DNA of 57,638 bases, counting the filler, from Sphacelaria rigidula (taxonomy: Eukaryota): the NCBI GenBank assembly GCA_964200075.2. It is 9 parts of 9 records of this genome, joined end to end, with 100 filler letters (N's around TTAATTAATTAA, not from the genome) between each part and the next. Parts side by side here need not be neighbours in the genome. Positions count along the whole stretch, not along the records: positions 1 to 6,316 come from CAXNAA020020820.1; positions 6,417 to 12,732 come from CAXNAA020020821.1; 7 more parts are not named here. One strand, 5' to 3'. Numbering within the stretch: the first letter of the stretch is position 1; the number at the start of each line of letters is the position of its first letter. This document shows, in pieces, positions 1 to 11,355 of this stretch. Under the pieces are notes generated by a model that was not told the DNA's origin, searched no databases, and worked only from the letters and a program-made list of their open reading frames with translations. A program made the translations under genes and the position numbers.

Positions 1-1579
1 AGGCCGACAAAAACGTTATTGGGCACCATCGCTGAAAGTGTGGGGAAAGCGCTGTTGTAAGCTTGAACCTCATCTCGGAGATAAACCTCAATTCGCACAA
101 TTTGTTGTCAGGAAGTGACTTTGGTGGGAAAGTGGGGGAGTACAGGGGGTGCTCCATGGTCAAGGGACTGCAAAAGCCCATTCTGACTTCAACCAACACT
201 AGAGCAAAAAAGCCGTTTGAGCAAGTGTTCATGGAAGCGTCCGGATCAAAGTTAGTTGATAGTATGGGTGGTATGAAGTATTCGCTGCTAATCCGGGATG
301 ATGATTTTTGGATGTATTTCGGTAAACAACAAGTTTGACAACACGAGAGCATTCGAGCAGTACCTCGCAGATGAAGGAGCACACTGCATTCCCTTGGTGG
401 TGGAAACTGTGAGGTCGGACGGTGGTGGAGAGTTTGCTGGGTCTTGTAGGAACCTGTGTAGGACACGGGGTATTAGACAGGAGTATACCCCAGCAGACAG
501 CCCTGAGTATAGCGGCATAGTTGAGCAGACCGCTATGAGTGCACAAATTCAGGCGAAGGTACTGTACGATGTTGATGTTCCGGCAAGGATGTGGGCTGAA
601 TCATATCGTTGGGCAGCAGACGCAATAAATCGCTCTGCTGCCACGGCCAACCCTGGTAAGAAGTCCCCAGATGGACTGTTCTATGATGACGTACTCCAAG
701 TTAAGCTTCTATATTTCTTCAAGCCAGGATACGTTAAGTACAAGGGGACCTCGAAGTGTATGCCCACAGCACAAGAGCGTTTTTACTTGAGACCTGGTTA
801 CAACTACCCTCGAGACTCCGTGAGAAATGTAGACGAAGGGTAGATATGTCATCATCACCCGTTCACCCCCCTCAACCTCGCAAGCAGTGGTTCCATTTTC
901 TAGGCGAGGTGGGGAAATCTCGCAGGATGTACAGAGCCGGGAGGGCGATGTCGAGCACTCTGATTCAGGGGAGTGGGACCTCGGAGTGGGGAGGGAAATC
1001 ACGGATGGTGCGGTATCCGAGGGGCGTGAACGAGATGGCAAGGAGCGGTCGGAACCTAAGGAGGGACCACACAACAACGACGGCGAGAACACAGTGGAGC
1101 AGCCGCCTGCATCGTCTACATTGTTTACATCGTCTGCACCATCTTCCGATCTTGATTCGTCGGAGAGCTCATCTGTCGGTGGCGGAGATGCCGCGAACCA
1201 ACTAGATTCGGTTGAGCCGACGCTAGGTCGGACTAGGCAACAGACACGACTGCTACACCAAAAACGCCATGAACAGCGACCGCGTTAACACGTTCCTGAC
1301 CTACAACATCTGGAAGGCGATCATATTGCGTTGTGGGTGTCGACGGAGGGTTTGTGGGGCGCGGACAGGATACTGGCATTCCTGGGCGACATGGACGACC
1401 CCAGAAAAACGGGGCAGTCTGAGTTGGAGGCTATCCCATCTGTTACTGTTGATAATATTGAGTTAGCACCGAAGACGGTAAAGGATGTATACAACTATCA
1501 GTGCGAGAGAGTGTGGGTTGATGTACTAAACAGAGGGGTGGAAGGATTGGAACGTACCAACACGTGGACAGTTGTGGAC
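1..1579 (+). mobile_element. Ty1/copia LTR retrotransposon pol, 5' part (integrase core to start of RT), degenerate
   Basis: Frameshifted ORFs 63-338, 298-843 and 1331-1579 contain copia integrase motifs (VRSDGGGEF, GIRQEYTPADSPEYSGIVEQ, MWAE...AADAINR) and the pre-RT segment PKTVKD...WVDVLNRGVEGLERTNTWTVVD. Confidence 0.9.
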
Positions 1580-1827
1580 CATAGCCTCTGGCAGACGATC
1601 TGGACAAGAGGACTTCCAGCAAAGGTCTCCTCCGGCAGTATTTGGCCTCGCAGCTCGATGAGCCTTCTCAGAGCATTGTATCATTCATGGAGTAAACAAC
1701 TGCAGCCCGTACCGTCAGGCATGGGCTACACAGCAAGGGTCATCATCCACAGGATGCCCTTGTCTCCTGGTCATCATCCAGGGTCCTACATGCTACGTGT
1801 ACTACGCCTTGGTACATTTTGGCTACA
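1580..1827 (-). repeat. 3' LTR of the gypsy element
   Basis: catagcc...ggctaca, near-identical to 5518-5765; inferred consensus termini TGTAGCC...GGCTACA form an inverted pair. Confidence 0.92.
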
Positions 1828-4800
1828 GCACCCCCAAAGCGAGTTCAAGACAAACGAACGAGCTTGACAACCAACGAAAACCAAGGCGAATTCGCATGCT
1901 CCAAATCACAAAGAAATGCCATACTCCAACGCTACTTCACTCGTCAGCTCCCGAGTCAACCTCAGTTTACGCAATTCCTGCGCAACAAAATCAGGCGCAG
2001 AAAAAATTATCTTCCGAAGAGACTTTTACGTACTTTCTTCAGCACCGAACCCATCTCAATCGACCAAAACAATAACATGATCATTGCTTCAGAACCATTC
2101 GACCAATGGGTACACACAACATCAAATGGATGTTGCACCTCCAGCGCGTCGCTCTGCTGCGCGGTTCTTGTACTTGGTTCTTGAAGTGCGTGGTATCACT
2201 AACCCACACACGCCGCACCCCCAAAGTCTTGCACCCTTGCAACAAATACTTAGCCGTAACGTCGGTAGTGCAAGCCTCGGTTGGTTCCAACCAAACGAAA
2301 TTCGACAAATCATCCGGGATAACAAACATACAGCAAACCATCAGGCAGTTGGTACCGTCAAGCTGCTACTTCCGACCTACAAAAATCAAATTGAACAACC
2401 TCACCTGGCGCAATGCCTTGAACATTATCGCCAAAAACGTGTCACGGGCAAGGATCAGTTTCTCATACGTGCATCATTTCTTTGATCCTCAAACATACTA
2501 AAACTTGTGTGATCTCTGCTCACAGACAACGAGCCTACGCATTTCGTAGTGTTTCTCATTTTCATGCCAACAGCAGCAATCACCACCTCCTACAGGCAGT
2601 GCGTGGGAAAACCGCACAAGATAATTTATTACGAGCTTCATTTCATTCATCACTCAGCAGCATTTTCTAACTGCCTCACCCTGACGGTCATCAGACACCA
2701 TGCACATCAGTAGCATTCGAGCGAAAAATCCATACATGCATGGCAAGATCCCACTCAGCATACGAAAATTCGTACATGCATTCCTATTCCACTCAGCATA
2801 CGAAAATTCGTGCATGCATGCCAATATTTGAATCAGGACCTGCAATGCAACCGCGTTGCACAAACTATGCATCATGCATGCTATTCAGAGCAGCACAACA
2901 CACGAATACCAAAGTCCACGCGTACAGCGACATTTTCCAGTGAACGCAACCCGAGCACATCCGCTCTACTGTCATGCTTCATGTGCGAACAGCAACACAA
3001 ATATGACTCAAAACGCACATTACAACAAGCTTTAATCGTCAGAGAACGGTTCGGAGGTACCAGTCATAATGTGTGCCCTCATGCTCAACAAGCACCCTCA
3101 AAAGTACTTGCTCCTCAACAATGTTCAATTCGGCGCTCACCACTATATCACTCATCTAAGGTGATCCCCACTTTGTAGGTTTCCAGTCCGCTCCTGCGAG
3201 GTAGCAGCACTGGAACCACTACCTTCTGCACACCATAGAGCAAAAATTCCTCTCGTACGGTAGCTCCTAGCAGCCACATCTAGCACCCCCATGGTGCATC
3301 TCAGCATGCCACCAAACAGCATATCCTTACTGCGGAACCAATGCGACAAATACTCTGCCTCCACAGAAGCTTGCGCATCGACGATTTCTCCTGTTTCAGT
3401 CGCTTCTTTAGGCGAAACGAGAGATGGAACGGGAACAACCATACAGTCCCGCATAGCAACAGCTCTCGAGGGCACCACACCATCCTCATCAAGCTCCTGA
3501 CCTGACATCATGAGCAATATCACGCATCATTCGCTTACATTTACGATGGGACAATGGCGAATTGACCATCCGAAATCTACGAGCCATCAGCGCCTTATTA
3601 AACGCTCTCACCGCACAATTCTTCACATACCATCCCGTATCGCCGATCTATATCTCCGGCGACCCTATCCCTTTTACTTTTTGAACCCTGTCAGAAAATG
3701 TCCCACCTTCTTCGCCTCCACACTAGACTCCGCGGGCTCCAACCACACGAAGTTGCTCACATCGTTTTTGATCACCAAATTATCTTGGATCGGATCTCCG
3801 TCGTCCAACCCACCATTTTCGAGCTGATCACTCGCTCCATCGCTAAGGAAAATGGAATTTCACCACCTCCTCCGGGCGAGCACCATGCACCTTATCCCCA
3901 CCATGCACCATATACTCGTGAGGAGGGGGAATGTGCGCCCCCGCCTTGGATTCGCTCACCCGTCAGGAGCAGAAATTTTCCGGCATTTCCATCGCCGCTC
4001 TCTCCAAGCTTAACTGCAAACTGCAGTATAGTAACCCAAACGCCATCAAAACTACAATGCACGAAGCTAGCCACCCGGCCTTCACCGGATCGTTGCAATG
4101 GGGCTGGGCCTTCGTAGCCGTCGCCTGTGACTGGGGCTGCACCCTCATAGGCTGTCCGGCTTCACTCTCAGGAGCCTCCTCTTCCTTTTCACCTGTATCC
4201 TTCTTGCTGTCACTTTGAAACGACCACGCCGGGACGGTCACCCGCCTAGCCGAGAGATAGTTAGGGTTGTTCACCCCGGTCTGCACCGGCACAGCACGCG
4301 GGCGTAACTCTTCCAAAGCCAGCGGATACGAATCTACCCCGAGTTCCTTCATAGTCGCCATGCCAAACAACACCACGTCATCGTTGTCAGGCATGACCGC
4401 GAAAGTGATTGACGAAATCTCCACAGTGCCCCACGGCGTTCGCACCCTCACAGCAATAGCCACCGTTTTATGAGAAACAGTCACGGGCGCACCCATGGCG
4501 CTCTGTGCCATTTGCGGTCCATTTGAAAATGGTAGCTGTAGCTGGGCGCATCCAAACTGGGAAGACATCTGTTTGTAGCAACCCTATACTTATTGATTAT
4601 AGAGCTGATCCAGAGTCGGGAAAAACGCGAGCCATAAATGAACGAAGAGAACCGGGTATAGATAGATCGGCGCGCAAGCATTCTGCGCTACGGTCGATAG
4701 GCACCACACCTGCCGAAGAAATACTCCGGTTAGTTCCTAGAGTCACTCGACGCCAAGGCAGCGCTCCAGCACTTGATATCGATGATTTTGCATTCGTCGC

Positions 4801-5517
4801 AACAGTGGAAGATACACCAGACACGAATCCTGTCGGGCCTATGGGTTGCGAGCTTTCCGCTCCAGCACTCCCCACCGAAGTATTACCTCCTCCCACATAT
4901 GTTAGCCGCCCCGACACAGACGAACTTAGAGATCTAGAGTCATCACTTGAGAACGCACTTGAGGATACAGTAAATTTAACGGCGGAATTACAATTCTCCG
5001 TCGCTTTATTCCTTTTTGGCCCCTGCCTCTGCACCCGTATCTCTGGTTGCTCCGACCTTGTCCGCCATAGCGACCGCCTCGAGATCCTGACAAATCTCGC
5101 GCATTTCCTTGTGCAGCGCCTTTAGCGCGAGGCTTGGGGCAACGTCTTAAATATGCCCATGGTCTCAACAATTGTAATATCGGCGAGTGAACAACGCTCG
5201 CGAAGTCGGCAGCTGTTCCTGTTGCTTGCGCTCGTCATACTTTGACGTTTCTAACGGTTTATCCCAGACCAGCGGCATCGTTGCCGCTTGAGCCATGTTC
5301 TCTATGATGATTCAAAAATCACGGATAGACTTTTGCCTTACTTGACCGCCCCTCCAGCGGAGTGTGTCCCTCCAAACGCTGTGCGCTGTAAGCTGTCTTC
5401 CGTCTAAGAACCAGGTGCTTTCCGCAGCTTCAACAGGATCCGAAAAACCGTACAGCTTCGATCCTTTCTCCAGTTCCTCCAGGCCTTCCAACAGAGTGCC
5501 GAGAAATATCTCGATAT

Positions 5518-5765
5518 TATAGCCTCTGGCAGACGATCTGGACAAGAGGACTTCCAGCGAAGGTCTCCTCCGGCAGTATTTGGCCTCGCAGCTCGATGAG
5601 CCTTCTCAGAGCATTGTATCATTCATGGAGTGAACAGTTGCAGCCCGTACCGTCAGGCATGGGCTACACAGTAAGGATCATCATCCACAGGATGCCCTTG
5701 TCCCCTGGTCATCATCCAGGGTCCTACATGCTTCGTGTACTACGCCTTGGTATATTTTGGCCGCA
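5518..5765 (-). repeat. 5' LTR of the gypsy element
   Basis: tatagcc...ggccgca, 248 bp, direct repeat of 1580-1827. Confidence 0.92.
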
Positions 5766-5769
5766 AGAC

Positions 5770-6316
5770 TCACCGCCAGTGGGAGAAAAAGCAATAGATT
5801 CTACGTCGGTTTTTTATCGGAAGACTGATGAGCATGGTTATGTGATAAAGGCAAAATCTCGACTGGTTTTTAGGGGGGAATAGTCGAGAAATTGGCGATA
5901 TTTAAACGTTTTTACCTACCCCTTCCTCAACAACCAACAGAGTAGCTGTGGCGGTAGCTTACGCTGAGGGAAACATAATTTTTCACTTTGATGTAGAGCA
6001 AGTTTTCGTATAATCTGAGCTGAATGATGAAGTATGCATGCGATTGCCACCAGGTCTAGGTCAACGCTTAGGTACTGTCGTATACCTGAGCAAACGTTTC
6101 ACGCCTCGGACGAATCAGAGTTCACACGGGTTGACTCCCAATGTTCGAGTGCGAATCATGTACCAATGAGTCATCCGATACGAATCACGAATGGTGAAGT
6201 TGTATATTCAAGGTCATGCCGACTAATGCCGAGATAGCCCCTCCACAAAAAGTGCAACGGCACCATCCAACGAACCGGCTGCGATCCCACGATTGGGCTC
6301 GTTTGCAGCAACTTCG
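5770..6316 (+). mobile_element. Ty1/copia reverse transcriptase, continuation, degenerate
   Basis: SPPVGEKAIDSTSVFYRKTDEHGYVIKAKSRLVFRG matches the copia RT start (KARLVAxG); FHFDVEQ near 5980 resembles the QxDVxxAF motif. Confidence 0.88.
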
Positions 6317-6416
6317 NNNNNNNNNNNNNNNNNNNNNNNNNNNNNNNNNNNNNNNNNNNNTTAATTAATTAANNNNNNNNNNNNNNNNNNNNNNNNNNNN
6401 NNNNNNNNNNNNNNNN
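6317..6416. other. Artificial contig linker (also at 12733-12832, 19149-19248, 25564-25663, 31979-32078, 38394-38493, 44809-44908, 51224-51323)
   Basis: 44 N + TTAATTAATTAA (stops in all six frames) + 44 N, separating contigs of 6316, 6316, 6316 and then 6315 bp, i.e. length-sorted. Confidence 0.99.
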
Positions 6417-6807
6417 ATTCGTTTCCGGTGATGAGATATTGCTCTGCCAGGTTAAATCCGTTTCTGGGCTGGCCCAGCTCGTACACAAAAGGCGCACATT
6501 TCGTAAAGAGAAGGAGGAGGGGAGGCGGGGAGGTCGCCACCCACGTTGTTTCAGAAGAAAGCATTCAGAGCCCCATACACATGATGCGTTGGTATGTCTG
6601 CATACACGGCCTATTCCCGCACAAAATACTTGTGCAACTTCATCAACCCCTCCCTCGTGAAACTGTGACTCAAGGCCCGCTGGTTGGTCGCCTTATTCTC
6701 GTACCGAACTCTCATCCTGTTCAGGGAGGGACGGCGGGGGGGGGGGGGGGGGGGGGGCCCCCTCGCGGAAAGCGTGGGGGGTGGTGTGGNNNNNNNNNNC
6801 GTTCGGG

Positions 6808-6864
<57 letters not shown>

Positions 6865-7167
6865 CGGGGGCACCTGTACCATGAATGGTATGTGCGATTT
6901 TGTGTAGGGAAGTCTACGGCAACTTGTCAAGCCTTGTCCTTTTACGCCCGGACGTTGAGTTTTGTTGAAAAAAGGTATATGAAGGCAAGAGTCAGAGGGT
7001 ACAGGCAAAACGCACTGACAGAAGAACCGGTGGGCCGATAACAGGGTACTACTGCGCAAAACCTTAGTGCGGCATTCTGAATTAAACTTGACACGAATCT
7101 TGCCCACGATCCCACGATCTGGCTGTCGTTGTCGCCGTTGACATCCAACACCTAACGCCCACCTCAG

Positions 7168-10100
7168 CGATCCTGGACAACGCCGAGTTGTTTGCTGGCA
7201 AGACGGTGCTCGACGTTGGTACGGGCAGCGGCATTTTGGCTCTGTGGGCGGCACAGGCCGGTGCTGCCAAGGTAGGAGCTGTTGTGCGGTGCATCAAGTA
7301 CTCACTGATGATGCATGTGGTGTAGCCCGGTGTTGCAGACACAATCTCAGGAGGGGGTAGGGGGGGCGTACTCATTTGTTGCTTGCCTTAGTCATTTGAC
7401 AATTGACCACGCATCCCTTTCGAGACGGAGCAAGGGTAGGGGGGGGGAGCACAAGGCGAAATGCAGTATATTTCGCACTATGGTGAAGCAAGAGCGGTGG
7501 CAGAGTATATATCGATGCTCGTAGTCGACTGATGAAATCGCAATGATGCATCTTGTTATGTTGTCACTAACCTTCTCTTGTTTTATTTTATTTATCGCCC
7601 CGTATTTGTCTGGCGCGCGTGTGTACTGTAGTCGTTTTCATGTTTCGTCTTTTAAAGGGAAAATGGTGAGTACCTTGTTTTCTGTGCATGTTGTCGAATG
7701 AACCTTCGATGCTTATGCGCTCTGCTTTGCTCTCCCGAGGATATATTTCACGCTGCGGTTGGTATTGGCCAAATTCGCTTCCTATACTTGTAAGATTGAT
7801 GCACTGGTTAATGACGGCACGTTTGCTTCCCTTGCCTGTCCCCCCGATCTCTCGTTGGTGGCAACACGTGGCGCAAGGTATACGCGGTGGAATTCACCGA
7901 CATGGCCAACCACGCCAAACGTTTGGTGGCGAAAAATGGGATGCAGGACGTGGTAGAGGTGATTCAGACCAGCGTCGAGGACCTGGAACTACCCGGAAAG
8001 GTATTTGATTTTTGACCCCGCATGACTACAGGAAAAGCTAGAAATTATCCATGTGCGAGATTGAACCTACTGTGCTGTACTTTACGGTGTGCTTACGGTG
8101 AGTGCTTTTACCCTGGTACTGAGCTTGCCCGGGGCAAATTCTTCTCTGCTATACGGTGTGGATACCACTAGGTAATCCGGCTCGCCACGCGGGTGAGAAA
8201 GCACGGCTTCCTGGGGGCTCACCCACCATTTTGGCTCTACGGTGTCATTTGTAGTTGGTATCATAGAGCTGGAGTAGATTGGGAGCATTACGTTCGAGCC
8301 TTAGACCGCGAGAGTAGTTCGTCTGGATCCTGCATACTTTTTTCCAAGTGAAATTGATGCTAATGCAACAGATGACCTACTCTCGCAGTGTAAGGGTTGA
8401 GATATTTTGTCGGGGGATATTCCTGACTCTGGTGGACATACACGGCAAGCCTTCTAACAAAACTTCAATTTCGTGCGAGAGCGGTAAGCCTAGGCAAATG
8501 AGTACGCCTCCCCTTCCCCTTTTCCTTTCCCTTCCCCTTCCCCTTCCTCGAGGTGGACATTATTATATCAGAGTGGATGGGTTACTTCTTGCTGCGAGAG
8601 AGCATGCTGGATTCCCTAGTTCGGGCGAGGGATCGATTCCTCATCTCTGGGGGACTCATGTTCCCGTCTCGATGTACCATGATGTGGGGACTTATCAGCG
8701 ATGAGCAGGTATCGACAACACAAGAATGAGTAGTTGACTTGATTCGTCGATTGGTCGATTCGCTTGTCTCATATTTTACTGATTTGATACGATTTGGAGC
8801 CGCGGTTGGTGGTGAGGATAAGACGACCCAAGGTCAGTAAAGGACGAATAAACGCTCCCGGAAGGAAAGTCGGCTCGAGAATGATTTTTAGGAAAGAAAA
8901 TAGCAAGTCAAATCAAGACATGTCAGAGGAAGAGAAACGCACATGATGACCTGATAAAAAGACTCCAGACGATAAATAGCAAGGTATGTGTGTGGGTGCA
9001 AAGTAGATACACCGTATTTTCCGCAAGTATAATTAAACGCGCGTTTCCATCTCCTGCCGTCAGCCGTGTTTTGACGGTATTTGTACATGTGATGTGAACC
9101 GCTTGTCTTTTTTTGTGTATGCTCTATGTTGCTGGGGTAGCAGTGGGGGCCTCGTGAGCGACGTTGTTGCATGGGCTGCACTTGAGTAACAACACCGAGC
9201 GCGTTGTGATGAAATGCGTCTGTAATACTTATGCTGTGATGTCCAACCCTTGTGAAGAGGTGGAGGGGGGACGGGGGGCAGGTTCTTGGTCATAGCCCAA
9301 AGTGTTGGCGTCTAAAATACAAACGTTGATTATGTTTTCGCGTCCCGTTGAGCCCGGAAGTTGGTATGTTCAGCATTGCATTGTACGGCGTGTGTCGAGA
9401 TGCCATCTATCACGCAATTTAGATGCGGTTTTGCCCTGTGTGGAGCCCGCGTGTTTGTGTACATAAGATCATATTCCAGTGTATGTCATACTCCAGTTTG
9501 TCATACTTCAGGGTGTGTGTGTTGTGTGTGACGCGCGATCTCGCCGTGTGCACTCCAATCCCATCAACCGCCCCGCCTCTCGTGTGTGTCTGTGTCTGTG
9601 TGTCTGTGTGTCTGTGCCTGTGTATGTGCGCTCCTTCGTATATTGTACTCTGCCAAATGATTTGTGTCATGGTGACGTATGAGTGATGAACGTATACGCG
9701 AATACCACAGAAGAGAATGCTCGAGAGTGTTCTGTCGCTTCACAGGAGTAACGATGTTCCGAAAGAAATCATAATTATAATAAACACGCGTCACGCCGGC
9801 AAGCTGTGTGTCGTCAATCCTTTTCTGGGGAAGCACCCCACGTTTCATTTATGGATGGTTTGTACGTGTTGTGACACGTGTGGATACAAATCGGTGAAAA
9901 AAAGGACCGTCTGAGCAAGCAGCAGGAGTACATCCGCAGCATGCAGGACTGGTACAGCTTTAAGGGGGAGACGAAGGAGTTCTACAACATCGACATGAGC
10001 GTCCTCGAGGTGATGTCCGCTTTTGCTCGACAATGTTCTGAATGTCGTTTCGCTATTGGTGTGGATGCCGGTGCTCTCGCCTTGCTGCTGCTGGTGCCGT

Positions 10101-10978
10101 GTGCGAGTAGTGGGTGGGCCGGGACGCTCAAAACCAATATACTGTACACGACTGTTGTGTGCGACAATCAATCCACCAACCAATCAATCGATCGGTTCCT
10201 GCAAGTGTGCTTCTCATGTGCTGCTTGAGATGGGGCGGGTCGGGGCGTGTAGTGCGGTGATAAGATTCGTCATGCAACTAGTCAGGTGTGGAGGACTTTG
10301 GCTGTCTCAAGTCTCGACAGCCGCAGACGGGCTGAGCTTTTGATGACTGAAGGGATCGCAACGTTTCTCCTCCCTCCTTTTTTTGGTGAATAAGTATATA
10401 TATATATCTTTTGCCATCAGCAGCTGTGCGCCTCAAAATAATGTGCTCGTTTCTGTGGTCCGTCTAAGATACACGTCGCACCGCACCGCACCGCATTGCA
10501 CCGCAAACTTGCCCATCCGTGAAGAACGGGTTGGAGATTCAACTCGGGTTATCGGGGCGTGTCTCTGCGCTGATGTTTTTCCGGTCCTTGGGGTATGTAT
10601 GCCTTTTGCCCCCCTCTCCCTCCCCTCCCCTTGCTCGCCCCCATGCCCCCGTGGTTGATGCTTTCAATACGCTTGCGTATGTACGTGTTTTGTGTACCGC
10701 CTGGCGTGTGTATTATGTTACTTGTGATGAAAGAAACATTATTGGTCTTGAGTTATAAAATGTGCGTCTGTTGTCGTGTTTGTGGTGGTGGTGACGACCG
10801 ATGGCGCTCATGATCGATGTCAATGGTGATTCATGACAAGGCGGTGTACGAGGAGGAACAGCGGAATTACTACATCCTTTCCAGCTTCTGGGCGGAGCTG
10901 GACAAAGACCAGGTGTTGGGAGAGCCCGTGGCAGTGCAGTCGTTCGATATGCACACCTGCACCCTCCAGGACGTACAG
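7168..10978 (+). CDS. PRMT10: Type I protein arginine N-methyltransferase, PRMT10-like (partial; exons 7168-7271, 7878-8000, 8553-8708, 9905-10009, 10841-10978)
   Basis: GT-AG exons splice in frame to [44 protein letters not shown]...[30 protein letters not shown]...-DRLSKQQEY...YNIDMSVLE-AVYEEEQRNYYILSSFWAEL. This has SAM motif I and the double-E loop. FLLRESM and the EEQ.YY segment resemble plant PRMT10 from recall. First and last exons were not found on this contig. Confidence 0.9.
7367..7431 (-). mobile_element. ~65-bp LINE-3'-end element (copy 1), in PRMT intron
   Basis: Reverse complement matches the LINE end at ~39815-39875; flanked by direct repeat gggtaggggggg (7355-7366 / 7434-7445). 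Confidence 0.85.
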
Positions 10979-11286
10979 GTAAGGGGTAGAGAAGAAGGGA
11001 CGGAGCTTGGGCTGCGCAGCATCTGAGGCCTGAAGGCACGGCTTTTTTTTTCTCCTCTTAGAAAACGCCTGAGAATATCAATACTACTGTTGACGTGGAT
11101 TTTGTTTGCGCGGGGACAATTTGTTCAGTCGGTCATGGTCCAGTATATATCTGATGGGTGTGACGCTGCTTTCTTTGCCTGTTGAGTGGTTCACTTGGAT
11201 TAGGTCGGGATTTACGACATTATAATCAATTTTTCAAGGGGCTTTGGGTTGAAAGAGCATGAGGGCACCGGAGGCGGAGGGGGGCG

Positions 11287-11355
11287 GGGGGCATCACTCA
11301 TTTGTTGCTTTCCTTAGTCGCTTGACCATTAACTATGCATCCTTTCGAAACGGAG
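11287..11355 (-). mobile_element. ~65-bp LINE-3'-end element (copy 2)
   Basis: Same core (actcatttgttgctt..ttagtcg..tgaccatt..catccttt.gaaacggag); direct repeat cggaggggggcg at 11275-11286 / 11351-11362, overlapping the element end by microhomology. Confidence 0.8.

Larger units (their letters stand above)
1580..5765 (-). mobile_element. Ty3/gypsy LTR retrotransposon, internally deleted/rearranged, inserted in the copia RT
   Basis: Two 248-bp direct LTRs; 4-bp TSD ggac (1576-1579) / agac (5766-5769). Minus strand carries a protease motif (VFPDSGSAL, ~4620), an RT N-terminus (PMRVQ...DPVKAGWLASC) and an integrase core (DDLSNFVWLEP...WVSDTTHFKNQV, 2081-2341). A G-rich PPT-like tract lies at 1828-1840. 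Confidence 0.9.

Noticed and set aside
6317..6416. Periodic TTAATTAATTAA palindromes every ~6.4 kb
   Set aside because: Synthetic linker embedded in N runs. It also means no gene-neighbourhood inference across contigs is valid.
6428..7254. Poly-Gly/poly-Pro ORFs
   Set aside because: They arise from a poly-G tract beside an internal N gap, so they are intronic homopolymer or a sequencing artefact.
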